Shown here piece after piece: positions 47,449 through 61,232 of a stretch of 64,000 bases of DNA. Both the position numbers and the translations under genes were made by a program. The DNA comes from Chrysomallon squamiferum (Eukaryota; Animalia; Mollusca), in NCBI GenBank assembly GCA_012295275.1, contig CM022672.1, positions 31,992,001 through 32,056,000 of the forward strand, read 5' to 3'. A model generated the notes under the pieces. That model saw only the letters and a program-made list of their open reading frames with translations. It had not been told where the DNA came from and ran no database searches. Within the stretch, counting starts at the first letter, position 1. Each line of letters opens with the position of its first letter.

Positions 47449-47804
47449 TTATAAAAATAATACATTTCAAAATACTATTAATTCAATAACATTATGATCT
47501 TAAGGTTCACCAACATGTATGTAACTATCAGTTTATCAAAATACTTAATGTGCTACTACTAGAAACACTCTCACTACAAGTTTATCAACATACTTAGTTT
47601 GAATACTAGAAACATTGACAACTACAAGTGTATCAACTTACTTGTGGGTGTTTTTGTATGCATGCTTTTATGTATGTACGTATGAACTACGTATGTATGT
47701 ATGCTTTAGAAAGAGTTATGAGTGATTAGATGTGAGTGTATCTATATCTCTCTTCTCTCTCTCTCCACACACACACACACACACAGACACAAACACATCC
47801 ATAA

Positions 47805-47843
<39 letters not shown>

Positions 47844-47912
47844 TATATATATACATACTAGATCACATACAAACATACATACATAGATACAGAGATAGGT
47901 AGACAGATATTG

Positions 47913-47960
<48 letters not shown>

Positions 47961-48069
47961 ATGAGTGTGTGTGTTTATGAAAGACATTTAGATATGTGTG
48001 TGATCGTATATATATGTTTAAGAAAGTATAAATACATGTATTTATGTGCTAGACAGACAATGCGTATTG

Positions 48070-48165
<96 letters not shown>

Positions 48166-48979
48166 AGTGGACCCTGATTCATTTGGGACCAATCATAGGT
48201 GCCGTTTTAGACACAGTGCCGGCTTACACAAATTAAAATGACACGAAATATATTTTATTTCTAATGTTATTGTTAAGCATCTATCAAGTGTCATCTGAGA
48301 AACAGTCTGTCATAGACAACTGCGTTTTTTTCTTCTACTTTATTTATTTATTTATTTGTTTATTTTTTCTTGTTTCTCTCCAAAACAAACTTCTCTGTCA
48401 TGGCCTCCATGTTTAACATCGATTGCAAAATCTGCTGTCGGTAGCAGCAACGAAATATTTAATTTGTTTTATAATTTTCAGAACATCAGTGTAAGAAATT
48501 TCAGTCACTTGGTCATTGTGTGTATCATCAGTCTATTCAGATTTTTGAATTTGTCGGTCGTTACTCTTTGCCGACATATTACTTTCGTACAACTGTTGGT
48601 AATGGTCACTAAGTTTTATAATGTCAAATATTTCCTGTCTTCATATTTCAGATTGCATTGCCAGGGTCTTAGTACAAACCCGCGGCAAAGTCTAGTCGCC
48701 TTCTTTTTATTTATTTATTTATTATTTGAAACAGATCACTTGAAAGTTGAATATCGATACATCTTGCCTCCATTTTGTCCAACGGTCTCCTGAACACATT
48801 CTGCGATCAGTCAGCGGACTTCAGTTTTTAGATCGCTTTCCGATGAATTCAATAAAACAAAGCAAAATATGCGTCATACGTATTTATTTAGACATCTGCT
48901 GTTGACTCTTAATTTAAATGAGTGAATTCACTTAGGTATCACACTAATAATGATCTTGTTCATTTAGCTGCGTGAAGGG

Positions 48980-49272
48980 CATAGGTTTTCAACCTGGGGG
49001 TCGCCAGACTTTTTTTCTGGGGATTGTGAGATCGTTCTTCAGGTAGGGTATGTGTTAGCTTTGTACAACTTGACTTGGAAGGAGAAATAAATAAAAACGA
49101 GTAGATAGGTTTGGGACCCGTCATAGTGAATATAGATTCCTTTTGTACTGTCTTTGCTTGATGAAAATATGGTAACCCTACATAATATTGAATCAAAAAT
49201 TTTAAAAGGGATTTTCGGTCATATTGAGTTGCTCATAAGTCGTCGCGGTATGAAAAAGGTTGAAAACCAGTG
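48980..49272. mobile_element. Same Charlie-type MITE in the right arm (a third, partial copy starts at 63868)
   Basis: Reverse complement of 12326-12618. Confidence 0.75.
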
Positions 49273-49795
49273 GTATAGGGTTACCTCCCATTAGTCATAG
49301 GCTTATTTGTCATACAGCTCATAACAACACAGGTCAAGGTTTGATGCACACTTAATCAGCTTCCCACCGGAGTTGTGATTACAACAGTTAGCAGTGAGAC
49401 ACAGCCAAGACTAGTTGATCATTCTCCACACAGGGGTGCCCAGCTTACTTACTGCTTGACTGCTTTCCAAATTGTATGACTTTTCTGACCATGTGACTGT
49501 TGGGAGGATACCACGTATAGTGATTACAAGAAGCTTGGCATCATTGTTTATTAAGATTTCACAAAGTGCGATCATTTCATTTTGTCCACGCGGTAGTCTA
49601 ATTACGTGCTAATTGTTGTCACTGTTTATGAAATGACCTTTATGAAATGTACTTTATTCTGGAATTTACACCAGATATCCGAAGTAGAGAGCTCCGGATT
49701 TTTCAAAGTTTTGTTTATAATATATTAAAGTTAGCCTGGAAATTTCTCCCTATTTTCATAACTCTTTTATAAAGTATATTTTATCTTTATTTTAC

Positions 49796-49953
<158 letters not shown>

Positions 49954-50455
49954 ACATCAAGTACAGATATAGGATCTGCTCTGGAATCCTGTCTCACAAC
50001 ATCTTTATGTATTACACGCTGTATGCAGAAAAGAAAAATATTACAGAAACTAAATAATAAAACTTGATTTTTATGTCTATATAATTTTTCTGTTTATATT
50101 CTAAACACAAATTAAATCCAAAAATAAACGATGTAAGAATTCATGATACAAAAACAAATTTATTTGCATTTTCTTTATATACATCTTATATATAAACAAA
50201 CAAACAGTAAATTTGAAACATAATCTAATTTACTTACATATTTAATATAAATCTGAATAAAAGAAAATTCATAAATAAATCAAATAACAGTTCTTGTATT
50301 TCATGTCCAACAGTCAATAAGTACATATATAATTTATCTACATTTTATTTTATACACATTTTAAACCGAAATAGAAAAAGTACAAATGAAGCAAGAAATA
50401 GTTAAAAATATTAAGTTTTATATACAAACTAAAAACATTAGATATACTTAAACAA

Positions 50456-50498
<43 letters not shown>

Positions 50499-50739
50499 AT
50501 GATAAAGCAATGAGATGTTAATATACATTTTTCAAGTATCTGTTTGACACAAAACAATCCATTATAAAAATTCAAATCAAATCAAGTGTCTATGACGTCA
50601 TCACTGCTGTCTGACGTCATCAGAAAAAGGAAACAAACAAATCAAATAAATCAATAAATCAATAAATAACAAATAAATAAAAATAAAAATATTAGGCCAG
50701 TGATGACTAAAAGTGACAGTGTTTGAACGATGTTGTTTT

Positions 50740-51975
50740 TTACACTAAAAATAACAAAGCAGGTATTTGTCCTCTGTCCACACATGTAACAAGTTCTCTG
50801 TGACTGTGTTTAGATTTGTGTGAGTCAGAAAATCTACAAACAAAAGAGTCTACAACAATTTCTGATTTACCTTCAAATCCACACAATGAGTTGTCTCCCT
50901 TAACATTAACAAACAAGCTGTACTCAGTGTCTTTAGTAATCTTCACTGGACGTCTGAACACGACGTCATACACGTCAGACACGACGTGTTCATATCTCTG
51001 TGTCAGCGTAGACCCGTCCAGTATTTCGTCTGTTCTTGTGTCAGTGACGAAGGCGCTGACGTCGTAGTTTCGTGGTTCACGGTGACCGTACAACTGAAAT
51101 CCGCGAAGTAAAGCGTTTTTGTTGACAGAGAAAGTAATGGATTCATCAAATATTTCACCAGAACATGTCCAGTAACCAATCAGAACCATGTTCCACCAAA
51201 CCTGTTTATTGTAATCTGTGTTTTCATCATTGCAGTTCTCTTGTTTGAGTTAAAAGGTGAAACATCTTCATCACTCTTCACCCAGTTTTTAAAAATCTTG
51301 ATTTGTTCTGTTTCACTGAGTATGTTAGTGGGTGTCACGTGTTCTACAAAATACGTCTGATCGAGTAATGGATAACGCACGTGCTTCACGGCCTCTCCCA
51401 GTGCTTCGCGCATGTTCTGTCCATTCGTCTGTCTTCCTTGCTTCTTACACGCGCTGTCAGCCCACTTCACAGCGGCTTCGAAAACATTTTTCTCGTCTGC
51501 TGTCAGTTCGTCTGATCGTACGATCTCAACCAGACATTCGTGACAAAGATCGGTGACTTCATCCGACTTCAGAACTTCGTCGCCATTTTCCAAAATGAAG
51601 TCCAGAGTTTTTTTTCTTAGATCATGTTCATCAAACAGGTGAGCTTGTTCCAGCACGACGCACGCATTCTGTGACGACAACGACGACTCCAAGTAGCGCA
51701 CGCACTGATCTTCCAGTGTCGTGACGATGTACTTCCTCGATAGATACAGCAGACCGGTGACGTTGTGGCCTGTTAGGACGACGTCATCCGTATAAAGATA
51801 TCTGTGTAAAAGAATGTATAGTAAGACTTCAAAACGAGAGATAATTATGGGAGATTAATTAATTAGAAAATAATTAGATTACTAACAAAAACTGTATTGT
51901 TATCAACGTTCGTGTCGGTTTGTATGTTTCGTTACTCACTATGTTCGTACCTGTGTCGCTGTGTGTGTCTGTGTG

Positions 51976-52033
<58 letters not shown>

Positions 52034-52060
52034 TTAACATACTTTAAAAACTCTGTGAAA
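50740..52060 (-). pseudogene. BTB-BACK-PHR gene copy 2, frameshifted; exon 2 51801-50740, end of exon 1 at 52043-52060, remainder lost at the gap
   Basis: Reverse complement of copy 1. A 5-nt insertion (ATTGG, 51176-51180) creates TGA 51180-51182. The downstream PHR frame is otherwise open (ORF 50740..51189). Confidence 0.87.
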
Positions 52061-52260
52061 NNNNNNNNNNNNNNNNNNNNNNNNNNNNNNNNNNNNNNNN
52101 NNNNNNNNNNNNNNNNNNNNNNNNNNNNNNNNNNNNNNNNNNNNNNNNNNNNNNNNNNNNNNNNNNNNNNNNNNNNNNNNNNNNNNNNNNNNNNNNNNNN
52201 NNNNNNNNNNNNNNNNNNNNNNNNNNNNNNNNNNNNNNNNNNNNNNNNNNNNNNNNNNNN
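52061..52260. other. Assembly gap (200 N)
   Basis: Exactly 200 N, a fixed-size scaffolding gap of unknown true length that cuts exon 1 of BTB copy 2. Confidence 0.99.
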
Positions 52261-52576
52261 GTAGTAACAAAACTATATTTATGTTTTTACACTGTGTGAA
52301 TAAAAGAAATACAACTATAATAATGTTTTGATCCACCTGTTAGAACGGACTGCACTCAGGTTAAATAAGAAGACTTTTAATTTTTAATTTTATAAATTTG
52401 TTTTTACTTACAGGTTATGTCTCTAGGGTGCCTGAAGCCGTTATTTGTTCTATTGTTGTTTTTGTGTTGTTGCTGTTACTGTTCTTATTGTCATTATTAT
52501 TGTTATGATTTCTTTTTTGATGCTCTTGTTATTACTATTACTATTACTGTTATCATTATTCTTGTTGTTGTTGCTG

Positions 52577-52622
<46 letters not shown>

Positions 52623-52949
52623 TGTGTGACGCATTGTATAAAATGTTGTGTTCACAGATATGAAGGATGTTCTTTGACCCCTCTCTCATTAAGACGTACA
52701 AATAATAACTGATATCTGAAAAACGTGACTAGATACGAATCTGAAGAGCCCACTGGAAGTTTGTAGCCGCGGTGTTAGAAATCATATTTCATATTTTCTG
52801 TTCTGTGCACGCTCCAGTTAGTTTCAACAAGCGACTGGCTCAATAGAATCACAGTTGAGGGGAACAAGGCCGGTACTCACTCTTCAGTGTTGTTAGGATT
52901 ATGAAGAAAACAATATATGTTTTGTTTCACTTTATTTTATTTTGTCCGT

Positions 52950-52992
<43 letters not shown>

Positions 52993-53490
52993 TATGTTCG
53001 ATTTGATTTCAGTTTCCTAGCACTTCGTTACCTATAAGCAAAGAGAAATGACCTTTGCAGAGCTAAAAATAAATATTGTGATGTCATCTTTCTGAAATAG
53101 TTTACAAATCTTTTTTCACACACAAACACACACAAGAATAGGAACATCATCTAAATATGTGTGTGTGTGTGTCCCCTGTCTCATTCATACCAGCAAACAT
53201 TCATTTGATGTTGATAATAACTAAAGAAAAACATAGAAACAGATAAGTAAATAGGAACAAACAAACAAATAAACAAATAAATAAATAAATATAGAAATAA
53301 GAGCGAGAGTACTAGTAGGATAAAACAAAGAAAAACAAAAAAGAAATACCCGAGATATCAAAAACGTGAATACATATTAATTTGATAGCTTACTGGAAAT
53401 CTTAGACACGTGTTTTAGAGATGGAGTTAGAGATTAGTATTTGTCTTTTGATTACTGTACACGTTCAAGTTAGAGGAAGGTGACATGGCC
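52261..53490 (-). repeat. Older, diverged inverted copy of ~35115-36030
   Basis: GGTTATGTCTCTAGGG..AAGCCGTTATT (52413) vs AATAACGGCTT..CCCTAGAGACATAATC (35854), and GACACGTGTTTTAGAGATGG (53405) vs CCATCTCTAAAACACGTGTC (35229). Confidence 0.8.
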
Positions 53491-53623
53491 AGTACTGAGA
53501 TTTGTAGAAATTAATGGTGTGAAATAAAATTGAAAAAGATATTGGACACACAGACAAACTGACAGAGATCCAGCAGCAACTCAGAAAATATTATGACGTT
53601 AATAATAATGTTGATGAAATAGT

Positions 53624-53747
<124 letters not shown>

Positions 53748-54602
53748 TTCCTCTAGGATGTTCACTATGTTCTATTGAATAAATATTAAAAAATATATTA
53801 CAACGTTATAAATGTACAAAGGTGATTTTAAAACAGCATCTGGAAATAGCTACCAGTACAGTATGGGTTAAGGAGTGGTTTTTCCCTATCGACCAATTTG
53901 CTTTATGATGTAGCCATAGTAACTGAACTCGGTCCTTAAATGATGAATGACGACATTTGCATTCTTTCTTATGAATATATAATGATGTAATATCATAATT
54001 TTAATGGTTTATTTATTTATTTTAAATAGAATGAAATAAATCTACGTAACATAGAGAAGAAATAAATATTATTATTTAACTACTATTTCGTATACGTGAC
54101 TAAAAATATGTAATCATTTTGGATCTTGTTTCTTTTTTATTCGTACAGTTTATTTATATACCTTACGAAAGGACCTCATACCGCCAGTTCACTATTCAAG
54201 TTTAAACAAGGTATAATTTTGGCGGGTATAGAGATTATCTTTCTCTGTTCTACGAACCAACTGTTATGTCCATTATTACTACATGTAAGATAAATTGTAA
54301 CCAGCATTTTATAAATTTAATAAGTGCACATTGATTTGCTTTTTTATTTTTCTTCCTGTTTACTGTACCACAAGAACTTAAAATTTCACGATCATTTTTT
54401 TCTCAGAAGAAAGAAAAGTACATACATTTTCAAAGCTTTCATCCCTTCTTTGTCAGAATTGGTATGTTCCACTCACAGAGTGTTGTCTGTCATAACCTGC
54501 TTTCCCGCAGATTGACATTGCAGACTAATAGTCGAGCATTTTTCTCCCGGTGTTAATTTTTTTATTTCTTAAGACAAAGGTAAGGAAACTTTATTATTAT
54601 TA

Positions 54603-54669
<67 letters not shown>

Positions 54670-54919
54670 CGTCGTCGTCGTCGTTCCTCTAAGATATTTT
54701 AAAAATAAATAGTAATTAGGTTATGTTCTTTATAAAAAGTCTGTTCATAATTTGTTTGTGTTATACTCACTGGTTAGACTGGAGGGTGGGTGTCCTCCCA
54801 TCTAGCCAAACACCTAACCAAATCAGTCTATTTCAACAACATTGGGTTTTGGCTAGGTGAGAGGTGGGTTCAATGGGATTAACTATGGTCAGTCTATTGT
54901 ATTCGTGTTATAGTCTGTA

Positions 54920-55500
54920 TCAAGTATCTTCATTTCGACGCTAAAAACATATTGCACTTACGATATAATATGTATCTATTAGTAATAATAATATTTATTA
55001 ATACACGTGAGTATCTTCATTTCTACACTGACACAAATGATTTATTTTTATTATGTTAACGAAACATATTGCACTTACGATATAATATGTATCTATTAGT
55101 AATAATAATATTTATTAATACACGTAAACAATTCAGAAGTTAGTGTAGAATGTGGGCATGTGTCCCTGTTGAAAACGGAGTTTCAGATTCTGAAGTTTGT
55201 TTTCAATATTACGATACTTTTTCTTATATTTCCGTCGGCCACTGGCAGCAAGTTGTAAATTGCTGTTTCCTTTTTGGTCTGCAGGTTCTTTATAGTGGTG
55301 ATCAGTTTCTAAATGTCTGGATGTGGCGACTTCACTATATTGTTCAGTTTATGAAGACATAATATCATTATGACATTGTACCTTTTTCTTAACATGTTTG
55401 GCATCCATTAAAATCATTCTGCATTTACGATATAATACCTGTGGGTAAGTGACACATGACTTGTACATCTATTAGTAATAATAACCTTTATTAATACACT
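54920..55500 (+). repeat. Local duplication of a ~65 bp unit (two near-exact copies, one partial)
   Basis: AAACATATTGCACTTACGATATAATATGTATCTATTAGTAATAATAATATTTATTAATACACG at ~54946 and ~55062, partial at ~55420-55500. Confidence 0.8.
55165..55340 (-). mobile_element. Possible Rex1/L2-group LINE 3' relic
   Basis: Fragments SGRR.Y..YRNI..NSVF across frameshifts resemble the LPSGRRYR..T.R..NSF tail motif. Confidence 0.3.
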
Positions 55501-56272
55501 GTTCTTAAAAGTAATATTAGTAATATAAGCCATACTATTACCTGATAGCTCTTCCTCATAAATGGTAGGGGTACAGGAGTGACTTCTTCTCTAGTTCTCT
55601 TCTTCATCTTGTTCAAAAGCTTGGAAATATCAACTGACTTATGGTCACTAGCATGATTGTATCTTACATACTACTCTGTTCTGAGTGATTGCTGTTGCAA
55701 GGAAACCTCTCATGTGATGGATACAACGCCAGTAAGTGGTATCTTTATATCTGGATTTTAAACTGTACACGACTATCTGTTCACTGAGTGACGTCTAGTC
55801 ATTTTGCGGCATTCTGTTCACTCATATATACTAATCAGCGTCACTACCATAGTACTGTTATCTATATCCACTTAATATAAAGAACGGATCATATTTTGGC
55901 TATGTTGGAGACAGATTTGTGAACCGGAGTCTGTGGTTCAGTGGTCAGAGGAAAGTAGTATCTGGCAATTAGAGCGCTTACTTCAAATCAGTAGTCTACG
56001 TGTGAGAGAGGGACACAGGGTGTGCAGGGTGAATTTGGAGTAAATAAGATATAATGCTTCAAGAGTCATCAACTTGTACATACTATTCATATCATGTAAT
56101 GTCAGTTGACTTCTTTCAAAGCATTGGAGTCAGTGCATGCTTTTTGTTACGTTTTCCTCCCTAACATTTGTACATATAATTATATTAAGCTTATGTAATT
56201 GCCTTTTACACACGTTGTTAAAACTGAATGTTTTAAAGTCGATAAGATAGTAAATATTATTCTTCTGTTTTG

Positions 56273-56344
<72 letters not shown>

Positions 56345-56345
56345 T

Positions 56346-56422
<77 letters not shown>

Positions 56423-56519
56423 ACGATATACCAGAAAGGATAACATTTCTCTCCCCTTATCTGTAAAATGGAAACTCGGTTAATTTTAGCCACACACTGC
56501 ACTGCAGACGAAACAAATA

Positions 56520-56960
56520 CAGGGTGTCCCAATAGTAACCGAATCGCAAACTTAAATAAAATTAGACATTAAAAATAACAATGTAATTCCATCTTTTATG
56601 TCATTTTATGGATCTTTTGTACTATTCATTTACTTCTGTCAGTAGTAGTCTTTGGAATGATTTTAGTGATCGAGACTTCTGTTTTAGCGCTCCATGGTTT
56701 GACTTGAAATGGTACCCTCACTCTTAAAAATGCAGCGAAGAACTTTATATTTAAACGATCATATCTCGATATTAAGAATTACTATTCACATAAATAGCTA
56801 TAAGCATGTTAAAGAAAGACGGAAAGTAAACTTTAGAATACCTGTACCGAGTAAATCGACAATGTTCAATCTTGTAACCATATTTGAAGTAACTGGAAGT
56901 GTTTCAAATGCTCCTAAGAAAAGTCGTCCAAAAACAGTGATTTTATTGAAGTTCAAGGTA
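56520..56960 (+). mobile_element. 5' fragment of a Tc1/mariner-superfamily transposon
   Basis: TA-CAGGGTGTCCCA end at 56518-56531, followed by ORF 56709 containing PSKSTMFNLVTIFEVTGSVSNAPKKSRPKT, which resembles the N-terminal HTH (DUF4817-like) plus GRPR-type linker. No catalytic domain seen. Confidence 0.72.
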
Positions 56961-57627
56961 GACGTTTTGAACATTTGTAAATACTAAATATAGAGTGTAT
57001 GTATATGTATGTATGTATCAAAAATAAACTGATCAATCTATCTAAAATTTACACTTACATTTTTGCCGACAAAGTCTAAAAGGATTAATCTAATCCTCTC
57101 GCCTAATTTCAGTTCGAATACATTTTACTCAAGCGAACGTGTTTGAAGCACATTGTAAAAACTGACTACATTATGCTAGGTAGATACAGGATTTTGCCAG
57201 ATTTCTGGTTGTATCAAGGACTATTTTCCTGTTTCTGCCGATGGTTGTTTGCTTCAAGAATGGAATAGACAAAGAAGGCATCGGCGGTTCCTCTCGCCTG
57301 AATGGTTAAATACTTTTTGAAAGAAAATTAAAGACTTGCAAAGGAAAACGCGCATGCGCCAGTTGCAAAAAAGGCATCTGTACCAAAAAGGATCGTTCGA
57401 TCAAAAAAAAAAGATCGTTCGCCGGCCAAACTAGCAATTCCTTTATGTATCGCAAAAGGTAATAATTACTGTTAACAGTGTCGTTACCGCTGTTGTTGTG
57501 ATTTTAGTATAACTGCTGTTCTCCCAGCTGTTGTTATGGGAGTAGTAGCTGTTGTTGTTATATTACAGATAAGAATCTGCTCACTACTCAACTTTACAAA
57601 GAAGTAACAATGTATTTATCTTATTTC

Positions 57628-57729
<102 letters not shown>

Positions 57730-57865
57730 CAGAACAAATACATAAAACATATCTTGTTACACAGTCTACCTAATTACGGTTTTTCTTGTAAGTGGGAAAT
57801 ATTTCTATACTGTTGTTGTTATCATCTTCACTATTATTATTGTTATTATTATTATGATTATTATG

Positions 57866-57933
<68 letters not shown>

Positions 57934-59211
57934 TATTTTATTTTTTGCAGATAACACTGATTCGGAACACTTGTATATATCTTTATATTAAAACGTAAGA
58001 GAAATTTTGTATTTATTTACATTTTTAATAGTTTCAGTATTGCAGTACTATTAGTAGTAGTAGCTTTAGTTGTAGTATCAATATAAGTAATAATATTGTA
58101 ACAGTAGAAGTAGTAGCAGTGTACTAGTAGTCGTGCTAGTAGTGCTGGTAGCAGTAGTAATAGTAGTGGAACAAGTACATGTTTTGAGGGTAATGATAGT
58201 AGTATGGTAACAACAGCTGCAATAATAATGGTAGTAGCAAGAGTCATAACAGTAGCAGTAGTAGAAGTGGAAGTTGTTGTTGATGTTATAGAACTAATAA
58301 GATAGTAGTAGCTGTTGGAAATTGTGCACCTGTACAACTTGTTGTTACGGTGGTATTCGTAAGAGTAATTTATTTCGTGTATGGTGATGGAATACAGACC
58401 ATAACGCCATTTCATTTATTAGATTTAATATGTCCACAAACAAGTTAATAAATAAAGTTAATTAATTAAATATGATGAAATAATTACTACAACTACTGCT
58501 ATTACTACTACTATTGTTGCTGCAGTTGCTGCTAATGCTAATATTTTCAATATCACTACTGCTACAGCTAGCACCACTTCAAATGGTATAAGGAACACTT
58601 TTACTAGTGTTCTTACTAGTATTACAGTTTTTCCTAGTTCTGTTGTCTTTATGTGTGTGAGTGTGTGTGTGTGTGTCAGATACATATATCAATATAGTGA
58701 GGGCTTGTTTCCTTAACGTTCCTTAACAGAACGCCTACGTCATTAAGCTATGTAGGTTCATCTATGGCATCCTGTGTAAACAACGAAAGTCAAGTGTGTT
58801 GTTCAAGGTTCTGAAAGAGTTCCTGTGATATGACAGACGTCAGGGAAGACAATCCCAATTGTTAGAGTTCATGGCAACAGTTGTCCACGCATTCTCGTTA
58901 TTTTCATAAAATGTAAATAATTTCATATTTTTACGGTTTATTTCTAAACTGATGGCACATAGTGTATTAACAATGAATTTGCCAGATCGCTGTAAATAAC
59001 ACCCGAGTACACCTTTGTGTGTCTCGTGTAGCAGTGACACGATACTTTTATATGACCTACATAACAAACAAAAAAAGTGTTTGATTACATTCACATACTG
59101 GTCATGCAAGCTTCGTCAGAGAAATAAAACATGTACATATTTCTTATTAATGTTGCTGTTGATGTTGTGTTGTTGCTGCTGCTATTGTGATTGTTGTTTT
59201 TGTTGTTATTG

Positions 59212-59254
<43 letters not shown>

Positions 59255-59404
59255 TATTATTAATACCTTTATAACTTACGTATAAACAATGCAATCTAGC
59301 AGTACTTAATCTACAGAGTTAGAATTAAAGTTATCTTTTGTAAAGAAGATGTATGTAAGATGAGTATACAAATATCTCGTAAAATGATTTGTTTAGTTTA
59401 ATCT

Positions 59405-59545
59405 GAGACTGAAACCTAACAAAGTGACACTTTGTGACGTATAAGATATTTGACGTCAGTCGCGTGTTTATCAATGAAGCGTTTGATAACTAAAAGAACA
59501 CAAAGCAGAAGTGAAACTAGTCGGCCATATTGAAAGTGTATGATA
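59405..59545 (+). promoter_or_regulatory. Same CRE/IRF-like promoter candidate for BTB copy 3
   Basis: GAGACTGAAACC, TGACGTCA (59451) and AGAAGTGAAACT are retained. Confidence 0.45.
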
Positions 59546-60579
59546 TCTTATATTTTATTATGTTTGAACGATTCCGGTGTTCTTAATTTATTGCTAAATA
59601 TATCAGAATTAGTTCTTTAACAAATAGATTATTTAAGTGTGAGTTTTTTTTAAACTTAAATGAAAGATTACGTATAACATGACTTTACTAAAGTCTTTAA
59701 TACGATACTACTACTTATACTATTTCTACTACTAGTACTACTACTACTACCCTGCTGTTGCCCTTATTATTATTATTTTTTTAATTGACGTATTTTACTA
59801 TATATTTTATTTTATTTTATTTTATTTTATTTTTTCATTTATTCTTAGATCGGTGATATCTGTGATTTACAGTTGAGTCGAAAGACAGAAAATAATCTCA
59901 TAAGAAATCGTCGATCAGGAAGTTCAAATTACAAGGTATTTTGTATTGTTTCCTACTTTAAAAACATCACATCTTGTTCCTTTATTTTTCTTACTTCTTC
60001 TTCTTTTTTCTTATACACTGTTTCTTTTTAGATTTGTTATTGTCGGTTAATTATGTTGTCTTTTCTAGGAGTAAAATGGTATATAAATCAGTGTATGTAC
60101 ATTGCGATTTGAAAATCGTTTGTGCCGCAGTGAAATATTTTTTACCTGACTGTGTCCAGACATGTCTGTGTATAATAATAATAACAATTATAATAATAAT
60201 TATTGTTGATGTCGTCATCATGATAATCACTAATGTAAGCATAATGTACTTCTTTTTATCTTTTATCGATTCGGTATATATTTATCTGAATTTTTTTCTT
60301 TCTTTCACTATCTTTTATTTATTTGTTTATTTTTGGATCTCTGATCGCAGTATTGAACAGTACATGCTTTAAACAGAAAGTAGCCGCTTCTTAGAAATTA
60401 TCTTAGGTTAATTATTTCTTTACATGAAACTGTTTGTTTGAAAGATTTCCCTGTACAGGTCATAGCTAGATATAAATATAGAAACCTGGTCACTGCAGTG
60501 CGAGGCGCTGCAACAGAACTCTGACCTGTACACAGAAACATGTTAAAATTATATTTAGTATGAGGTTATTATTATTATA

Positions 60580-60612
<33 letters not shown>

Positions 60613-60851
60613 TAATTATTTTTTTTTATTGTTATTAGCCCTAAGAATTGTTACAGTTCTGTGTCCGAACAATTTCTTTTTCTTTTTCTCTATTCCATTT
60701 TATTATTATTATTATTATTACTATTTATTATTATTATTGTTATTATTATTATTATTATTATTATTAATTAATTAATTTTTTTTTATTAGCAATAACAACT
60801 GTTACAGTCTGTGTCCGAATAATGTCTTTTTCTTTTTCTCTCCCCATTCCA

Positions 60852-60891
<40 letters not shown>

Positions 60892-60907
60892 TGTTTACAG
60901 TGAAAAC

Positions 60908-61170
60908 ATGGCCACCGCAGCAGAAGTTTCAAGCTGGCAGACTGGGAAAAAACTGACGGAGTGTATTGAACACGTTTTTCGTACGAGAACAGACAGCGAC
61001 GTCAGATTTGTTGTTGGGGAAGAAGAAAAAACTGTGTATGCACATCGTTTCATTCTTATGATACGAAGCGAAGTCTTTCACAGGATACTGATGGGAGAAT
61101 ATCGCGAACAAAACAGCATCCTGTTGCCTGATGTGCAGGCAGATATTTTCACAGAGTTTTTAAAGTATGT

Positions 61171-61232
<62 letters not shown>

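Noticed and set aside
54790-54870. Imperfect inverted repeat CTAGCCAAA..TTTGGCTAG
   Set aside because: Short, single copy in the window, with no supporting features.
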